Source: a virus. From it: 33,589 nucleotides of DNA. The stretch is from the IMG/VR virus record IMGVR_UViG_3300027822_000009, one strand, 5' to 3'. This document shows, one piece after another, positions 32,012 through 33,589 of this stretch. Under the pieces are notes generated by a model. It was not told where the DNA came from. It made no database searches and saw only the letters and a program-made list of their open reading frames with translations. The translations under genes and the position numbers were made by a program. Each line of letters opens with the position of its first letter. Position 1 is the stretch's first letter.

Positions 32012-33589
32012 ATGAGTGTAGAAAGTGAGACAGAAGGAAATCTAACTGGAATATACCTTCCAGAGAATACAACTAGAGATGTATCGGATTTTGAAACCGC
32101 ACCGACTACTGGTTTTTTTGATGGGCTCGGATTATCCGCGGCTGAAAGCCTTAGCTCCGGACCAACATTAAGCCTGTTGTCACAAGCCAATACTTTCTTA
32201 TCGCAAGACGCGAGACAGGGGAAAAAGTTAACCAAGGATGAGTGGGAGAAATCTGACTTATTCAGAGAAAGCCTTTCTTTTGATAAGCTAAAAACATCCG
32301 GTGATGGTGTCCCTGAAAGTGTTGCTCGCGCAGCTGCCCATAGATTAGACGTCAAAGAGGCAACCCAGGCTAGGCTCGGAAGAATGAACCCAGGCCTTCT
32401 TTCGGTAGCATCTAGATTTGCTGGCTCATCACTTGGTTTTGTTCTTGACCCTATTAACGTTGCAGCCTTTAAAGGCGCTAACTTTATGATGGGCAAAACA
32501 AACAGTTCTATTTTAGAGAAAATAGGTGAAACATCATTAGCAACCACCAGAAAAGCCGGGGTAGGTTTTAGTGAGTTTGCCTTGGCAACGATCCCCAGTG
32601 CTGCAGTAGAGTTTGAGAGTGACACAGTTTATGGTGAAGACCCTTCGGCAATAAATGCAATAGCCACCATCGGTTTGAACGCTGGTCTGGGAGGGTTAAT
32701 CAGGGGTAAGTTTGGCTTCCATCAGCCTATAACTAGAAAGTCTTATCGAGAAGCTGTTGAGACAGCTGCCAACCAAATGTCAGCTGGTAAAAGCGTTCAT
32801 GTTGATGAGATAATAAATAATGGATATCGAGATGCTCGCCTTAATGACAAGGGAGAGATAGAGAATATATCCCCTGAAGAGCGTGCGTCAATAGTTGCAA
32901 AGCAGTCAGAGAATAAAAAAACCATAGAATCACTTGAGAATGAAGAAGTTTCTATCAAGGATAAGGAAGCGTTCGATAAAAAGGTAAAAGGGATTGTCTC
33001 TGAAGACAAACCGCTTCATGCTAAGGATATAATAAAAAAAGGGAAAGAAATATTAGAGAAACCAGATTTTAAGCGGACCGCATCTGACCGTCTTTTTTTA
33101 AAAAAGCTACCATTAAACGATGAGATAAAAAAATCATTAACTATTTCCGGCACGCCAAAAGAGCTTAGGACTCCCCAGGACGAACAGTTTTTATCTGACA
33201 TGATTAACGGGAAGGAAGAGGAGTTTATAAACAAAAGAGTCTCAGAGCATAAAGAGTCGTCCGAGTTGATTGAAAAAGAGATTGGAGAAAAATCCCCGGA
33301 AGAAGCTCAAAGATTAAGCAAGGAACTCGATGGGTTTAACGAGAAAATTTCACACGCCGAAAACAGGCTGTTTGAGATAAAAGGGTCAAAAAAACCAACC
33401 AAAAGAATAACAGAGGTAAGAAAAGAGATATCAAAAAGAAAGAAAGAAAATAATATTTTAGAAAATCAAATTAAACACCATGAAACAGAGGATATAATCC
33501 AACAGGATTCAGGAAGACCGGTTGACATAAATGCGTTAAAGGCATCGTCAAAAAAGATTAACTCATACGAAGGCGACTCTGTAGTAAAT
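32012..33589 (+). CDS. 5' part of the wrap-around internal virion/ejection-like CDS (continues at 128..346)
   Basis: ATG 32012. The frame is open for 526 codons to the window end with no stop, so it is absent from the ORF track. It makes the antisense 217-aa ORF at 31972..32625 spurious. Confidence 0.7.
   Translation, partial: MSVESETEGNLTGIYLPENTTRDVSDFETAPTTGFFDGLGLSAAESLSSGPTLSLLSQANTFLSQDARQGKKLTKDEWEKSDLFRESLSFDKLKTSGDGVPESVARAAAHRLDVKEATQARLGRMNPGLLSVASRFAGSSLGFVLDPINVAAFKGANFMMGKTNSSILEKIGETSLATTRKAGVGFSEFALATIPSAAVEFESDTVYGEDPSAINAIATIGLNAGLGGLIRGKFGFHQPITRKSYREAVETAANQMSAGKSVHVDEIINNGYRDARLNDKGEIENISPEERASIVAKQSENKKTIESLENEEVSIKDKEAFDKKVKGIVSEDKPLHAKDIIKKGKEILEKPDFKRTASDRLFLKKLPLNDEIKKSLTISGTPKELRTPQDEQFLSDMINGKEEEFINKRVSEHKESSELIEKEIGEKSPEEAQRLSKELDGFNEKISHAENRLFEIKGSKKPTKRITEVRKEISKRKKENNILENQIKHHETEDIIQQDSGRPVDINALKASSKKINSYEGDSVVN
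33463..33589. repeat. Terminal direct repeat, copy 2 (identical to 1..127)
   Basis: Read directly from the sequence. Confidence 0.95.

Noticed and set aside
31972-32625. 217-aa minus-strand ORF listed in the track
   Set aside because: It is antisense to the 526+ codon + strand ORF starting at 32012, which fits operon polarity and coupling. The antisense product is Ser/Leu/Pro-rich, typical of a shadow ORF, and has no SD.

Overview
The window looks like a complete, circularly closed dsDNA podovirus-like phage genome of about 33.46 kb. Bases 1-127 are identical to 33463-33589, and a long + strand ORF starting at 32012 reads in frame across that junction to a stop at 344-346.

Modules recognised by eye:
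- **Late/structural operon (+ strand, ~20.4 kb to the end, wrapping to 7.75 kb).** In order: a small membrane protein, an H-box/NC-like protein, a T7 gp8-type portal, a scaffold-like acidic protein, and the major capsid, which has its own consensus promoter and terminator. Then come three paralogous proteins starting MAF, tail tubular A/B-like proteins, four internal-virion/ejection-like proteins, and a tail fibre with 7-aa repeats. The operon ends with a fibre-associated protein, a VRR-NUC-like nuclease, an SLT-like muramidase, a GTA-type 3TM holin and the large terminase.
- **Recombination/regulation operon (- strand, 7.75-10.2 kb).** XRE repressor, two mini-ORFs, Sak4-like AAA_24 ATPase, DUF669-like protein, and an atypically long CsrA-like protein.
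- **Regulatory/replication hub (10.2-13.7 kb).** It holds several near-consensus sigma70 promoters and a palindromic operator. The replication-organiser-like gene carries an in-frame 62-nt A/T-only tract. There is also a 283-bp structured non-coding region, a small-gene + Cro/YdaS-like HTH pair, and an antisense three-gene cassette.
- **Early block (+ strand, 13.7-20.4 kb).** About 20 tightly coupled ORFans, with a displaced small-terminase-like HTH protein among them.

I recognise no integrase, DNA/RNA polymerase, helicase/primase, tRNA, rRNA, CRISPR array or transposase.

All functional calls rest on motif recognition from the translated ORFs, gene order and sequence signals. No database search was possible.
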